The position numbers were made by a program, and so were the translations under genes. A stretch of DNA of 62,858 bases, the filler included, from Rhabdomonas costata (taxonomy: Eukaryota): the NCBI GenBank assembly GCA_019059605.1. It is 26 parts of 26 records of this genome, joined end to end, with 100 filler letters (N's around TTAATTAATTAA, not from the genome) between each part and the next. Parts side by side here need not be neighbours in the genome. Positions count along the whole stretch, not along the records: positions 1 to 2,323 come from JAHMHO010004045.1; positions 2,424 to 4,737 come from JAHMHO010004046.1; positions 4,838 to 7,152 come from JAHMHO010004047.1; positions 7,253 to 9,574 come from JAHMHO010004048.1; positions 9,675 to 11,996 come from JAHMHO010004049.1; positions 12,097 to 14,420 come from JAHMHO010004050.1; 20 more parts are not named here. One strand, 5' to 3'. Each line of letters begins with the position of its first letter. Position 1 is the stretch's first letter. Below, piece after piece: positions 1 through 12,162 of this stretch. The notes under the pieces are model-generated. The model was not told the DNA's origin, made no database searches, and saw only the letters and a list, made by a program, of their open reading frames with translations.

Positions 1-418
1 GGTTGGTTGGGTTTTTTGTTTTTTTATCGTGTGAAAACTCGAAGATTTGGCTGCTGCAGAGCCTAGGCGTCCACACCGTGTTGTCGAGCTTTGGTGCCTT
101 TTCCCCGTTCATTTCTTTATAAATATACCTACCTTTTGGTTTATTGGGTTATATGGCGAAGGCTGGGGGTGGGGCTGATGGCGGGAGGTCTCCCCACCCA
201 ATAATTCGGACTTGCTGCATAGCCTGAGTTCAGTTTTCATTCACGCCCTTTCATTATTTAAAAGGATACCACCGTGTGGGTTCGGGAAAAGGAAAGCTGC
301 GGGGTGTGGCGATCTTTTCAGACACCAGGTAACCAGTGCGCAGATTCCCGGAATCAATTAGTGAAATCATACCCATCTACTCAGCAGAGCAGCAGAGCCC
401 TCTTCCTCCCTTCTGCAG

Positions 419-1518
419 CACGTTCTCTCCCCTGTGGGCCAACTGGTTGTGCTGTTTTCCCAGACGCCGAGGAGGCCTGGGCCAAGCTGTGCGCCTTCCC
501 CGGCACCTTGCACTGGGTACTGACCGACCTCAACCTGAATGGGCCGATGGACGGGCTGCAACTGACGGCAAAGATCCGTTCTGAAGGGCCCTCGGCTTCA
601 TCGCCGCATGCACCCCTGCCCATGCCCGCTTCACAAGAGGAGATGAGCTTGGGTCCCGAGGGAAGCGCCCCTCTTCGGCGTGTGCCGATGATCACTGTGC
701 TGAGCGGGGACTCCGGGGAGGACACGCAATACAGCTGCCTCCAGGTGCACAAATCTGCCTGATTGGGTTTCAAGCGTTGCATTATTTTGTGTGCTTTTCT
801 CTTCTTTAATGTCGATACCTTGTAAGAGGGCAAATTTTAGTACTTGTGGCAAACCCGAATTGTGCATGCGTGTCTGCCCCATTTCGCCTTTGGTTTCGCC
901 TCTTTTTTTTTTGTGTATGAAAAGTTCCAAGGTTGGACTCACCTCCAGTTTATCACGGGTAGGCTGTCCAAGGAGGAGTCCGGACCGGTGATTTAAGTTC
1001 TGGCGAAAGTTTGGTCCGGTCAGCATGAGGAAGACGAATGAAACCTAAAGGTTATGAAATAAGATTAGTTTTTGAGTCCTCTAAAGGGGTCCTCCGGGGT
1101 GGGACATGAGTGAAAGTCGGGCGTTTTGGTTGAAACGCGACCTCCGGAATATGGTCCATGTTATTGCTTTGAATGTCGGTGATCGCTTTTAGGACGCCTT
1201 GAAGCCCTTTAAAAATTCATGATGAGGTCAATTGGGAGCACCGTGCACCGTGCACAAGCCTGCCACAAAAATTTCTGTTTATCCCCTGCTTCTCCCTGCG
1301 AGACCCCTTCGCAGAGAGCCATTGCAAAGTTCAGATGCGCTCAGGTTTTGACTGTGGATGTTTTGCGCTCTGGCTTCCAGAGGAACCTATTGCGTCCTTA
1401 TGCCGCCTTGAGAATCTTGCGTTTGTTCCAGGCTGGGGCGGATTCCTTCCTGTGCAAGCCTGTGACCCGAGAGCAGCTTCAGGCTGCCGCTGCGCTCACT
1501 CTTTCGCCGGCCCCCTGA
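419..1518 (+). CDS. Response-regulator receiver domain, C-terminal part of a probable hybrid histidine kinase (last two exons, partial)
   Basis: Exon ~419-744, GT-AG intron 745-1431, exon 1432-1518. Spliced: VFPDAEEAW...VLTDLNLNGPMDGLQLTAKIR...ITVLSG...SCLQ|AGADSFLCKPVTREQL. Phospho-Asp, Ser and KP are present. 5' exon boundary uncertain. Confidence 0.85.
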
Positions 1519-2323
1519 TCCTTCCCTTTTTGGCTGTGTTATTATTGCCCTTGCCCTGCGCTTGCTCTCTTGTCTTCGCCACGTGGCGGTGCTTCTTTCT
1601 TCGTTTGATTTGGGTCCACCCTCATTCCCTTCCTCTTTCCTTTTCCCCTTTCGCTGGGGACATCTGCCACATATCTGGTTCGCGGACACCAGGGGTGTTC
1701 GTTGCACCGTGCAAGTGCTCCGCACCGCTTTGCGAGCCTTTCTGGCGCCATAGTGGTGCTAAACCTCTCTGCGTCTGTCTTTCGTGTACATCTTGCACTC
1801 CCCCACCCTCCTTCCACAGCAGGCCCAAGTGCTGCCTTCTGTACAGAGTTCGTGTCTCCCTATCTTCGGATGCTTCCTCCAGTACCCTTTTTATTTGAAC
1901 CGCTTTCTTGGACCGGGATGGTTTTTTTGGCAAGGAAGGTCCGATGGATGACCACCTCGACTTGTGCTGTGCTGTGGTGGGCAAGCTCGGATGTCGCCCC
2001 AAGCTTTTGTAAAGGGCTCTTTTTTCCTCAACGTGGACACGGGGGGCTGCGAGACATTGTGTTCTACCCCAACCCTTTTATGTTTTTGTTTCGCTGTTGA
2101 CGCGCGTTTGGTGTCAGATACGGTACCGCCTGGGTGAACCCCTTGAGTGGTGCAGTTTGTTTTAGGCTTCTCATTGGTCCCCATTCCTCTTCCATTGGGC
2201 TGCTTTTGATTTGGTTATATCCCAAGTTTGACCCCTCGGGGTTGTGGCCCATGCAACCTCTAAAGCTAGAGGTATTGGTATTGCCAGTATATGGATAAGA
2301 TGTCTGATTTATGCACACACAAC

Positions 2324-2423
2324 NNNNNNNNNNNNNNNNNNNNNNNNNNNNNNNNNNNNNNNNNNNNTTAATTAATTAANNNNNNNNNNNNNNNNNNNNN
2401 NNNNNNNNNNNNNNNNNNNNNNN
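2324..2423. other. Artificial contig spacer (44 N + TTAATTAATTAA + 44 N); first of 25 identical spacers, last at 60440-60539
   Basis: Identical 100-nt block about every 2.4 kb. The 12-mer gives stops in all six frames. Contigs between spacers are all ~2314-2351 nt, as in a size-sorted concatenation. Confidence 0.99.
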
Positions 2424-2660
2424 CAGCTGTTCAAAGGGGAGAGGATCCAGGATGCACCTGCTCAAGGGCATCCAGGATGCACCTGCTCAAGGGGGAGAGG
2501 ATCCAGGATGCACCTGTTCAAGGGGGAGAGGATCCAGGATGCAGCTGTTCAAAGGGGAGAGGATCCAGGATGCACCTGCTCAAGGGGGAGAGGATCCAGG
2601 ATGCACCTGCTCAAAGGGGAGAGGATCCAGCGCTCAAGGGGAGAGGATCCAGGATGCACC
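2424..2660. repeat. 31-bp minisatellite (GATGCACCTGCTCAAGGGGGAGAGGATCCAG), ~7-8 imperfect copies, truncated at contig start
   Basis: Period of 31 seen directly (GATG at 2476, 2507...). Two units are internally deleted. Confidence 0.95.
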
Positions 2661-3539
2661 CTTGCCCAGTTCTCGTCTGCCGAAAGGTGAGCAGTTAGCA
2701 ATGGTTACTAGTAGCTGTGTCAGTCACACATTAATGTTGCGTTAGCCATCCTTCACGGCATCCTCATCCCCATTATTGTCCAACTGATTTAGCTGTGGGT
2801 ACGTTGACAAAGCTGGAACTGTTGGAATTAGGGAACAGAATAGAACCGATGATGCAGTTGCACTCAAACCACAGGTGGCACTCTAACCACAGGTGATAAG
2901 TGATAGGAGATTGAAATAATAGACAAATTGGATCGCAGACCCTCCCAAACCTACCAATTCTGTGCAGCACTAGAGGTCCTTTGACACCACCAGGCCGGGC
3001 CATCCATCACGCTGGAAATGGCAGTGTTCTGCCTGAGCTTAACTTCAGCTGAGCTTGTTCACGAGTTGCCTTCCAGCCCTAGTATCCCTCAAGGCTGTGA
3101 GTTTCGGGACGACGACGGTTCATATGGCCATCATCGTGATGTGGTTAAAATGAAAAAGGGTGGGGTGACCGCCAGCTGTCGATGTCCGTTACCAATTCTT
3201 TTTGTCATATGACCTGTATGGAGCCTGGGGCCGCGGCTGGGCGTAGGTCATTCCCCCTGAAATGTCCTCCAATCTGTTTTTGCAAGGCTGGAGAGGTAGA
3301 GGGCTTGATTACAATGCACCCGTCGGAGGAAACAGCGGCAAACAACTTATAAGTGCTGCAGAATATTATAGCTTTCTAATACAGAAAGTAGAAGCAAATA
3401 TGGATGATTTTGCCACCCACCCCACCCAATTGCACTGCCATTGCGGCTGTGAAACGATCTTCTTCAGTGTGCTTTTTTCCTGCTTGTGTCTGTGTCTGTG
3501 TCTTGTTCGCTCTTGGCCCCCTTCCCTCCTTTTTCCGAG

Positions 3540-4535
3540 CCCACGCCAAAGGAGTGGATGCAGCCCCTCAGGCTGTGCCGCCTCAGCCGCACAGCAAAAG
3601 CCTGAGGGACCTACGCCCAGTCATTCTTGCCCAGGAATCCAACCTGCTGCAAAAAATGGAGAGCAACACAGTGGAGGCCCCAAGCATGGAGGACGATGCG
3701 GAGGATGGCGCCCCCGTTCTGAAGGTTCTCCTTTTGGTTTGGGTAGCATTGGGTTGGGGTTTTGTTTCGGCTCTGTTTCAGCAGAAGTGTGCACAACACA
3801 GCATCGCCCATAGTCGAAGCCTTGTGAACCAGCAGAGGGAAGCACAGGAAGACTTGGGAGCTGGAAGACAAAGAGGCGGGAAAGAAAGGACAAGAACACA
3901 CTCGTTTTGTTCGTTTGTGGTTCCCGGGGGGGGGGGCGGTCGAGTTTCAGTCGCACACATGTCCTTGCCCCTCGCGTTCGTCCCATCCTCTCATCTCATC
4001 CCTTCTTCTGCCAGGCATGTCACCACAAAAATAATGCTCCAGTGCGTCCCCCCTTCCCCCGGTTTCCTCGCCGTGGTTTTTGTTTGTCTTGTATGTCGCT
4101 TGTGTCCAGTCTGCATATTCGCGTCGCACTTCATACGTATCGGGCAGCTTCGGATTTGAAATGCCCGAAATCATCAACACAGTTGTACAGAATTGAAGGA
4201 ATGAATTGGGCCCTGCCTTCAATGCTTGGTTTTGCGTGCTTTTAGAAACGTTTCAGCATTGCAAGTGCAGTGAAACTAGCGAAGGTTTTGCTTCTGAGTG
4301 AAGGAGCAGGCCTAGGTCAGGATGGGAATAGCAAACCTGGTGCTGAGGATTATCTGCTGAGGTTCTTCACTCCTGGGGGATGTTTCAGCCAAGTTCCCCG
4401 CTAAGTGGGCCAAGCAATGGAAGCAGCTGGACCCCCGGCTACAGCCCCGCAAACGCCGGGTCGCTGACCACCATCAGCTACGAGAGCGCCACTGACATGT
4501 ACGCCATCCTTTCTCTTCTTCAGGCCTGCATAAGG
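3540..4535 (+). CDS. Probable exons of an unidentified protein
   Basis: GC-rich open segments ~3540-3724 and ~4390-4535 end at GT donors and are flanked by pyrimidine tracts. No recognisable domain. Confidence 0.3.
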
Positions 4536-4839
4536 GTAACCTTTCCATGGTTTGCACTTGTGCTCCTGGTACGTGAGAGGAATATGTTCGATTTTCTGGA
4601 TCCACGCGGGAGTGGGCGTGTGTGTTTGGGGAGAGCATTTGAAACCCGGCAGGCAAGACCTCCACCAGAACGATGCCTTCCTGAAGTGTGAGTGTCTGAT
4701 GGGGGATGCTTCGCAGGGCTCGCGAAGCATCCCCCACNNNNNNNNNNNNNNNNNNNNNNNNNNNNNNNNNNNNNNNNNNNNTTAATTAATTAANNNNNNN
4801 NNNNNNNNNNNNNNNNNNNNNNNNNNNNNNNNNNNNNGG

Positions 4840-5005
4840 TGTTTTTTATTGACCGTGCCGTGTGGTTATATATTGCAGTAGGTGGGGGTTCCGAGACTCC
4901 CCACCTACTGCAATATATAATCACATGGCACGGTCAATGAAAAACAGGTCAGGTGGTGGGGAGTCTCGGAACCCCCAACTACTGCAATATATGATCACAT
5001 GGCAC
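4840..5005. repeat. Nested inverted repeat: 48-bp hairpin (4840-4887 / 4899-4946) plus an inverted copy of the loop-containing segment (4955-5005)
   Basis: Arms pair with 3 mismatches. The loop GTTCCGAGACT reappears as its reverse complement AGTCTCGGAAC. Confidence 0.9.
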
Positions 5006-5240
5006 CGTGTGGGCAGTGGCCGGAGACAGAGGTGTGCCATGAAGCTTGGGCGATCAGTAAAAATCCACTTTTTTGTAGGGTGAGAGAACCTAACGCAAAA
5101 AGCACAGCAGAAGTGGAGGAGCGCACGGCACACCAACATGTATCATTTGCCATCAGCGCAAGCGCATGGATGGAAGTAATGTACAGTCGACTGGCAGTGA
5201 CGGATAGAACAGCGGGCAGAAAGATCCGTTGGCGCATCAC

Positions 5241-6841
5241 TCACTTCTGCTCAAACCGAATAACGCCGTCCCAGGCCACGCCCACAGGCTTCCCAGCGCG
5301 AGAAAGCTTTAGCAGAACCTCCGTGGGGCCATCGTCTGGGACGGCACGCTGTGCCATCTCAAACCACCGCGTGGCCTCCTCCAAGTCCCCCGAGGCAAAG
5401 TGGCCCAGGCCCTGCCAGGAAATAGAAAGGCAACACTTCTCACCTAGTAAGAGTGCTCAGCCTTATGCATTGTGGCCAATATTCGGCCCCTCGCCATAAA
5501 CAAGAGCCATGTACACAAAGCAGGGAATCACTCAGAAATCAATCGGGGGCGGTATTTCCGGATGGGGAAGGGGGCCAGATCTCGGAGAAAAGCTGCAAGG
5601 ACAGTGCACAGTCAGTGGTTTCAGTACAGCTCAAACGACTACCAAGTCCCAGTGCATAACTCCGCACGACCATTTTAGATGTGACAACCACCGAAGATTC
5701 CGCGAGCTGGCGTTCAGTGAAAGCACTCGCAGCGGAGAGAGGCATTTCTTTCTGGAGGAGTGGGGGTGTTAAACGGTTTGACACTGTTGGACACATGATC
5801 ACCAATCCCTCCTTTCCTTTTGCGCCAGCCATCCTTTCTCATACGCTAATCATTATTCTCCGTTTTCCCGTGCTACTAAGACCACACATCATGTGCGACA
5901 TTTTTGTCCGGTCTCTGCCTCCTCTTTGCTCACAAACGCCCCGCCTTCCCCTCTGCGCTTTTCTGTATTAGGGCCTTCTATTCCTCTCCATCGTGTATTT
6001 TTCAGCTCTGCCACTTCCTTTCCTTCAGGATAGCTGCTGCAGTTTTCCCTTGTTTGATAATGTTCTCCGCCATCCGTCTTGCTTTCTTTAGTGTTGTTCG
6101 TTTCTTATTGTGTGCTGTTCCTGCTACTACGGTTTTTTGTGGTGTGACACGCTGTGCAGCACGAGTTATCCCACCCTTTGGAGGACCTTCTCATAGGTTT
6201 CCACAAGTGTGGCCAGGGAGATCAACGGGAGGATCCTCCAGCAGTGCAGCACCTCGGAGCCCGCAACTGGGTACTCGTCAGAAGAACCGGGTAGCAACGC
6301 GTCCCCTGTGCAATGGGCGGCCGCTCCCACCCTCCCCTATTTCGCTGTGACATCACATTAAAGATAAATGTGTATATTTCATATTCAAAAGACAGCCACG
6401 AAAAAGTTGTGGTGACCATCACCGGAAGTACAATCACCGGAAGTCCCCGAGCCGAATCATTTAGCTCAGTTCCCTTCACCTCATGGTTCTTATAGCTCTG
6501 GGGTGCCCGTACCGCTTCGCGCCACACGTTAACCAATACACCAGAGGTTAAAAGCAGTCTGGTTTGGGTGCATGGAAATCTGAGAACGCTGCCGATATGT
6601 AAGTGATAAGTGTAAAAAATATTTGGGCACCTCCGATGCTGCTTCTCTGCACAGGAACCATATCCAGCTCCTCCTCCTCCGCGGGCAACGCGTCGCCGCT
6701 GGGCACGGCGTAGAGCGGCTCAAACACAGGTAGCACCTGCGCCTTGCCCGGCACCGTGATGGTGGCGACGTGGCGGAACCGGAAGGCTTCCTGGGCGCCG
6801 TCCTTGGTGGTGCCCGAGACCAGAACCACGGTGCGGAATTT
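5241..6841 (-). CDS. Class III adenylyl/guanylyl cyclase, C-terminal part (partial)
   Basis: Exon 6841-6631: KFRTVVLVSGTT...FRFRHVATITVPGKAQVLPVFEP (end of the cyclase core). Terminal exon 5411-5241: GLGHFASGDLEEATRWFE...PDDGPTEVLL...WDGVIRFEQK*, a typical cyclase tail. Intermediate exon(s) not resolved. Confidence 0.8.
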
Positions 6842-7307
6842 CTGGAGCACAAAAGGGATGGACAAGCGTTTTACCGCTCGAAATTCGGAAGAACTCAGTT
6901 TCCACCAGTCAATAGTCAAGGGTTATCAGCAAAATTGGAGGTTTAAATGCACCAAAGAGTTCAGGGGCTAGGAGATACGCTTCTGCTCAACCATCACGGG
7001 AGTGTAGAAGGCTCAAGTAGTACGAGGATGGGGACGTCTGCTATCCTTACAGCAGGCGGTGTGAGAATCCGGTGAAGACCAGGTGGATTTCGGCGCAGAA
7101 TTGCCTCAAACCTGGAATCTGGAGAAGGTGAGGGAACATCCCACCCCCCCACNNNNNNNNNNNNNNNNNNNNNNNNNNNNNNNNNNNNNNNNNNNNTTAA
7201 TTAATTAANNNNNNNNNNNNNNNNNNNNNNNNNNNNNNNNNNNNNNNNNNNNGGTTGTTCTGTACGAAAGCTTCATCGTGGCCGTGGGGTCTGTGGGCTT
7301 GTCCTGT

Positions 7308-7812
7308 ACTCCAACACAGCCAAGCCAAGCATAGTAGCACAGGACAAGCCCACAGACCCCACGGCCACGATGAAGCTTTCGTACAGAAGAAGCCCCAGAA
7401 TGAAATGGAACACCACCATGACCCCAACAATGGAGCTGTGCTGGAACCCCCCGTGCGAGATCAGCACCACGGGGATCCAAATCCAGAAGCTTGCCGTGGA
7501 GACGGCTCGGGGCCACGTCAGGGACTTTGTGCGGAGCAGCACTGCGGTGAGAATCATGGAGGTCAGAGTGACAAAGAAGTAGAAGGACATGGAGAGCATC
7601 GAGGACACACAGAGCTCGAAACCTTGCGCCCACCACGCCAGAACCCCGACCGACAGAGGGGCAAAGCATCCCATGAAAAGGATGAAGCATAGCGAGAGCT
7701 TCTGGCGCCGCAGAGCAGGAGGGTCCGCCTGCTCGCAAACGCGGGTCTCCAGCCACTGCAGCACAGCAGCACCCCGCTGCCGAATAAGAATGCCACGAGA
7801 GTCCTCGGGCAT
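7308..7812 (-). CDS. Multi-pass membrane N-terminal region of a probable sensor/signalling protein (partial)
   Basis: ATG at 7812 follows a (CTT)n tract and CAG. About 5 hydrophobic helices, with HGGFQHSS in a loop. Ends in a fold-back junction. Confidence 0.6.
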
Positions 7813-8954
7813 ATCTGTTTTTGTGAGAGAAGAAGAAGAAGAAGAAGAAGATTCAAAAAAACAAGAACACCAGACCCTGGGAAGAAAAACAAAAAAGGCC
7901 CATTAAACACAGCTGAAGACTATGGAGGTCGCGAGATGGATGCTGAGCAAGCACACCAGCGAAGTGAAAATTATTGACGAGGCGTTCCATCGTTTAACAC
8001 GAGAAAGTTAGATGCACCCCTGCGCTGCAACTAACGCCGTCGTCGGGCGGTTTGGAAAGGGGAGCTGTGGGGAGTGGTTACCAGACTAGCGCCCACCCCC
8101 TACCACCCGAGTATTGTGCAGTACGATGGTTGTAAAAAAGCAAACGCGTTCTCAGCGGTGGACGCGACGCGGGCAAAACTGCCATAGCGGCGGGTATAAA
8201 GTGAACCGGAGAGAGGTTCTTTTCAGCATGCGGTTGGTGGTCCTGCTCTCCAGTGCATAAGCAAAGTGACACTCATAGGACCGCTAGGGTTGTTACGAAA
8301 CTTCTGGCGGTTGCCTCAACGGAGAAACCCAGGGGAATTGTCTTTTGCAGTTCCTGACCCATCAGCTCCCATGACCCACAATCGATAAGGTGTCAACACC
8401 CTGGCAAACAGCACGCCCAATAAGCGGGCGCGTCCACCACAGGGGGTTATGCCACACACAAAAAGAACACAAACAAACAGAAGGGAGATAAGGCCGCCCT
8501 TCGCCAAAGACACATTCTGAGGGGGGTCAAGAAACTCAACATTCCCAGCACATTAAAAAAACACAAACTCGCATTACAAATCAATAAAGCGGAGTACAAT
8601 GGAATATAAAGTGAACAAAGAGGTAAGAAGGTGCGCAGAATGCAAACAAACGTAGTAACGGGACCCCTTCACAGGACAGTATGGATTAACGATGGAAGCA
8701 AAAAGGATGTAAGAGGGGCAATGAGGCGCTGAAAAGCGCGGGAGTATCATCAAAGCGGTCCCCAGGGCAGTCAATCTATCGTGGTGACACGCAGATGGGG
8801 AGGAGGGGGGGCGCTAAGCAACAAAAGCAGCGGCCGAAAACAGCACCGCACATTAGCTGCCCATAAGCGCGTGTTGCACAGATTCAGCAGAGCACAATAC
8901 GTATCCCACAACGCTGCCCTTGGCGGGGGAGGGCCGCCATCCAAAGATTGCCTC

Positions 8955-9215
8955 TCAGAACATGGGACACATGTAGGTCAGGATCACACAGAGGAGGTCC
9001 TGGGGGACCCAGGTTGTGTCAGAGCTCTGCATCGCATAAAGGGCGGCCTTGACCCGAGCCTGGAAGGGCTTCGAGGTGTGAAGGTGGCGCTCTGGGCACC
9101 ACACGCTGCACAAAAGGAGCAAGGCTACGGGCCTGGGGTCCCTTCCGTATACAGGCGACCCCTTGAAACACTGCGGAGTCTTTTCACCTTGGCAGTCAAG
9201 CTTCTTTGGCGGCAC
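8955..9215 (-). CDS. Probable terminal exon of an unknown protein
   Basis: WCPERH...FQARVKAAL...VPQDLLCVILTY resembles a C-terminal W-x-P-x-x-H plus SOCS/F-box-like helix seen in protist proteins. A TAG acceptor lies just upstream. Confidence 0.3.
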   Translation of the reverse strand: MPPKKLDCQGEKTPQCFKGSPVYGRDPRPVALLLLCSVWCPERHLHTSKPFQARVKAALYAMQSSDTTWVPQDLLCVILTYMCPMF

Positions 9216-10915
9216 TATTTCTTTGTATCACTAAAAACGCACCAATTCATTCGCCCCCACCATCCCCACTGCAAGGAAACGTGGATGAAATTTACTTCAG
9301 CCGCCCCCTTTCAAGAAAAAGGAACACCTGACGCTGTATCGCCCAGGCATGCTCCGTGCCTAAATGGAAGCAGAACACACAACCTCACACCTGCAGCTCA
9401 CTTCCAGAACACGGCCGTAAGCCTCTACTGAGACGTCCTCAAGCGCCACCACCCCACCGCAGCCACCGCAGCACTCGGGAAGGCTCACCGCCCACCACAG
9501 CCGCACCACCACCACGGCCAGCTCGCCGCCCCATGCGGCGGAGAGGGGTGTAACGCGATCAGGGCGAAGCAGGGNNNNNNNNNNNNNNNNNNNNNNNNNN
9601 NNNNNNNNNNNNNNNNNNTTAATTAATTAANNNNNNNNNNNNNNNNNNNNNNNNNNNNNNNNNNNNNNNNNNNNGGGTGGGGGTGAGGCCCGATGGAGCC
9701 CAAGGGGGAAGAGAAACGCGAGTCTTCCCCGGAAAAAACGCCTTGGCCAAGTGCACAAGTACACAAAGTGTGTGTATGGGCATATATCTGTGTGTGTGCG
9801 TGTGTTTGTGTGACTGTGTTCTCGAGGGATTTCACACGCCTCGGGACACAACGCATCGTGCATGATACAAACCACATCGCACGCTCTCCCATCATGCCTT
9901 CTTTGCCACACCCCAGACACCGGTCTCACGCGTGTGTCTGTGTGTGTGGCGCGCGCACGCCACCTCTGCGTGCGGGTCAGAGCGCGTGTGCTCTTCTTGG
10001 TGGCCAGGCCCCAATGGGCGTGTGCGTTCTTGAGAGTCCAGACTTCGCACATACGACTCTTCCCGTCCCATCCCCCTGGGGTAGACAGGCTTTCTGCCCA
10101 CCCCTCACTCCTCACCTTATAGTCCGGATTATATGCGGTCGTGTTGCCCTATTTTTCAGTGGTGTCTGTACCTACTTGATAGTCCATTTCGTGTTGACCA
10201 ACGGTCAAACTTTTAAATTACCCTTCCATTGTGCAATGCTCACCGATGCTGCAGCGAGGGACCTATTGCCACCAGTCGTTTCACCCTTGGCCGGCGTGCA
10301 TAACGGATATTCTGATCTTAGGTTTGCAAAAAACAAAGTCCTGGCATGGTGTTGAGTAAGGAAGGTAAGGAAGATCACCTCCAGACCGAATACATTTGGC
10401 ATGGTCTTCAGCAGGCTATGATCCCGCGATGCTCACTTTCATTCTCGTACACACCCAAGTGAAATAGCCACGCGCCGGAGACGAGAAATGTCTCGAATTT
10501 TTCAGTCATGTGAAATGCTACCGGTGCTCGGTGCTCACAAAAGCAGTTTTCTGATTGGAAACCACAAAACATCAAAGAATTCCCAGGTTCTGAGTTTACG
10601 GTGCAATGTCCTTTATTTTTAGTATTATGTTTAGTATTTGACGTCATTTAATATTCAGTCTTAAGTGTAAAATGGGCCGTTCCGAAACATCGGTTATTAA
10701 CCCCACAAAAAGTGAGCTGAACTCAGCAGTTTCAAAACACAAGAATATGGTTCACAACAGAGGACCTTTTTCACAATCCCTAGAACTCATGCTCAAATGG
10801 TCCCTGTTTGGTTCCACTTTTCTACACCTCACTTTTATCGTGACGCCAATATGAAAAAATATAATAGGGAGACGGGGGGATGGAATGGGGGGGGGGATCG
10901 AACTTAGACGCGAAG

Positions 10916-11007
10916 TCACTTGGAGCTCAAACGCCAACTCACTTGAAGCCAAAGACTCTACCCATTCTAAATGTTTACAAAAATCGAAATCTTTCGAAAG
11001 AAAAAAG
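10916..11007. repeat. Dispersed intronic repeat, copy 1 (copy 2 at 42680-42766)
   Basis: TCACTTGGAGCTYAARCGCCAACTCACTT is 27/29 identical between copies. Both are followed ~45 nt later by TTTCGAAAGAAAAAAG. Confidence 0.7.
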
Positions 11008-11083
11008 CGCAATCGGGGTTCGGTCCCGTTAGAGCAAGCCGTGTTCCGCCGGCGCAGCTCACTCTAGTACTGCACGAACGCAC

Positions 11084-11767
11084 CATGTTCTCTGTGGGAT
11101 CGATGGAGCTCGCAGCGAGCAGCGTGCCATTCCGGTCCACCAGGTAGATCCTCGCATCGGGCTGTTCCACCACCATGCTCCGCACAAAGCTCGTGAGTGC
11201 GCGGAAGTCCGCTCCCGACCGAGCACACCGACAAGGGAGTTGTCCTGTGCAAAGCAGCCTGCCACAGACTCCATCGTGTTTTCAGTATATCACAGCTGTG
11301 GCCCACCCGCCGCGCAGAGATCTGCTCTCCTAAACAGAGCCCACCAGAGACGGCAAGGGCTGCAAAAAAAATCCTTTTCGCACACATACATGCAAACACA
11401 CCGGTGCTCGAATCGCGGTGGCCAAGAAAACGTACTTAAAGGGAATCGCCGCATGCCCCACCATCAGTGGCCCGTACTTCAGCTCTCCCGCCGCCAGCGT
11501 GGAGGCAAACGTCTTCACAGGGTCCACAATTGCGGAGTAGCTGACGTTGCAGTACGACACAAACCCCGCCGTGCACCTCGAGGAGGGATACAGGACCTTC
11601 CCGGTGGTGGTGTTGACGGCATAGCTGCTGACCGGCTCACCCGTTCTGGACGCCACCACAGCGACAGGGGCGTATCCAACGGACCCAAACAACATCATCA
11701 GGGCCCCACTCAAAGTCCCCAGGAAGGCCAGACTCTCCGTGCGATCGGAGGCCAGTGAGGAGTACGC
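11084..11767 (-). CDS. Cache-like extracellular sensor domain of a receptor (probably adenylyl cyclase); two internal exons
   Basis: Exons 11767-11436 and 11258-11084 join in frame across a GT-AG intron: ...AAIPFK...ADFRALTSFVRSMVVEQPDARIYLVDRNGTLLAASS, a typical dCache segment. Confidence 0.6.
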
Positions 11768-12162
11768 CTGAGAACATGTGGAGAACAGAAACCCACAGGT
11801 GTTGCCCCAAGGCAAACGCGGCCGTGGCAACGGCTGTAAATGCTATCTCTCACGGTGAGAATTGCCACCGTCGCTCACAGGTCAGACAAATAACGCCAGT
11901 ACCTTTTTTGCGACTGCGTGAGATAAAACAGACAGCATATTCCACGGCATATTCTTCTCACAATACTTCGAATTTCGCATCTCCTACACACCCCCCNNNN
12001 NNNNNNNNNNNNNNNNNNNNNNNNNNNNNNNNNNNNNNNNTTAATTAATTAANNNNNNNNNNNNNNNNNNNNNNNNNNNNNNNNNNNNNNNNNNNNGTGG
12101 TGGGTGTGTTTGGTGTTGTTTGTCAACCTTGATTTTTCTGTCGACATAGTGTTTTTCTGCAG

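Noticed and set aside
2424-2660. CRISPR array
   Set aside because: Repeats are contiguous with no unique spacers, and there are no cas genes.
4700-4736. 15-bp GC-rich hairpin as an intrinsic terminator
   Set aside because: Eukaryotic context, no U-tract, and it sits exactly at the contig end.
7258-7388. Perfect 50-bp inverted repeat as a pre-miRNA or terminator
   Set aside because: It duplicates coding sequence exactly and ends in a primer-like tail at the contig edge; a typical fold-back chimera.
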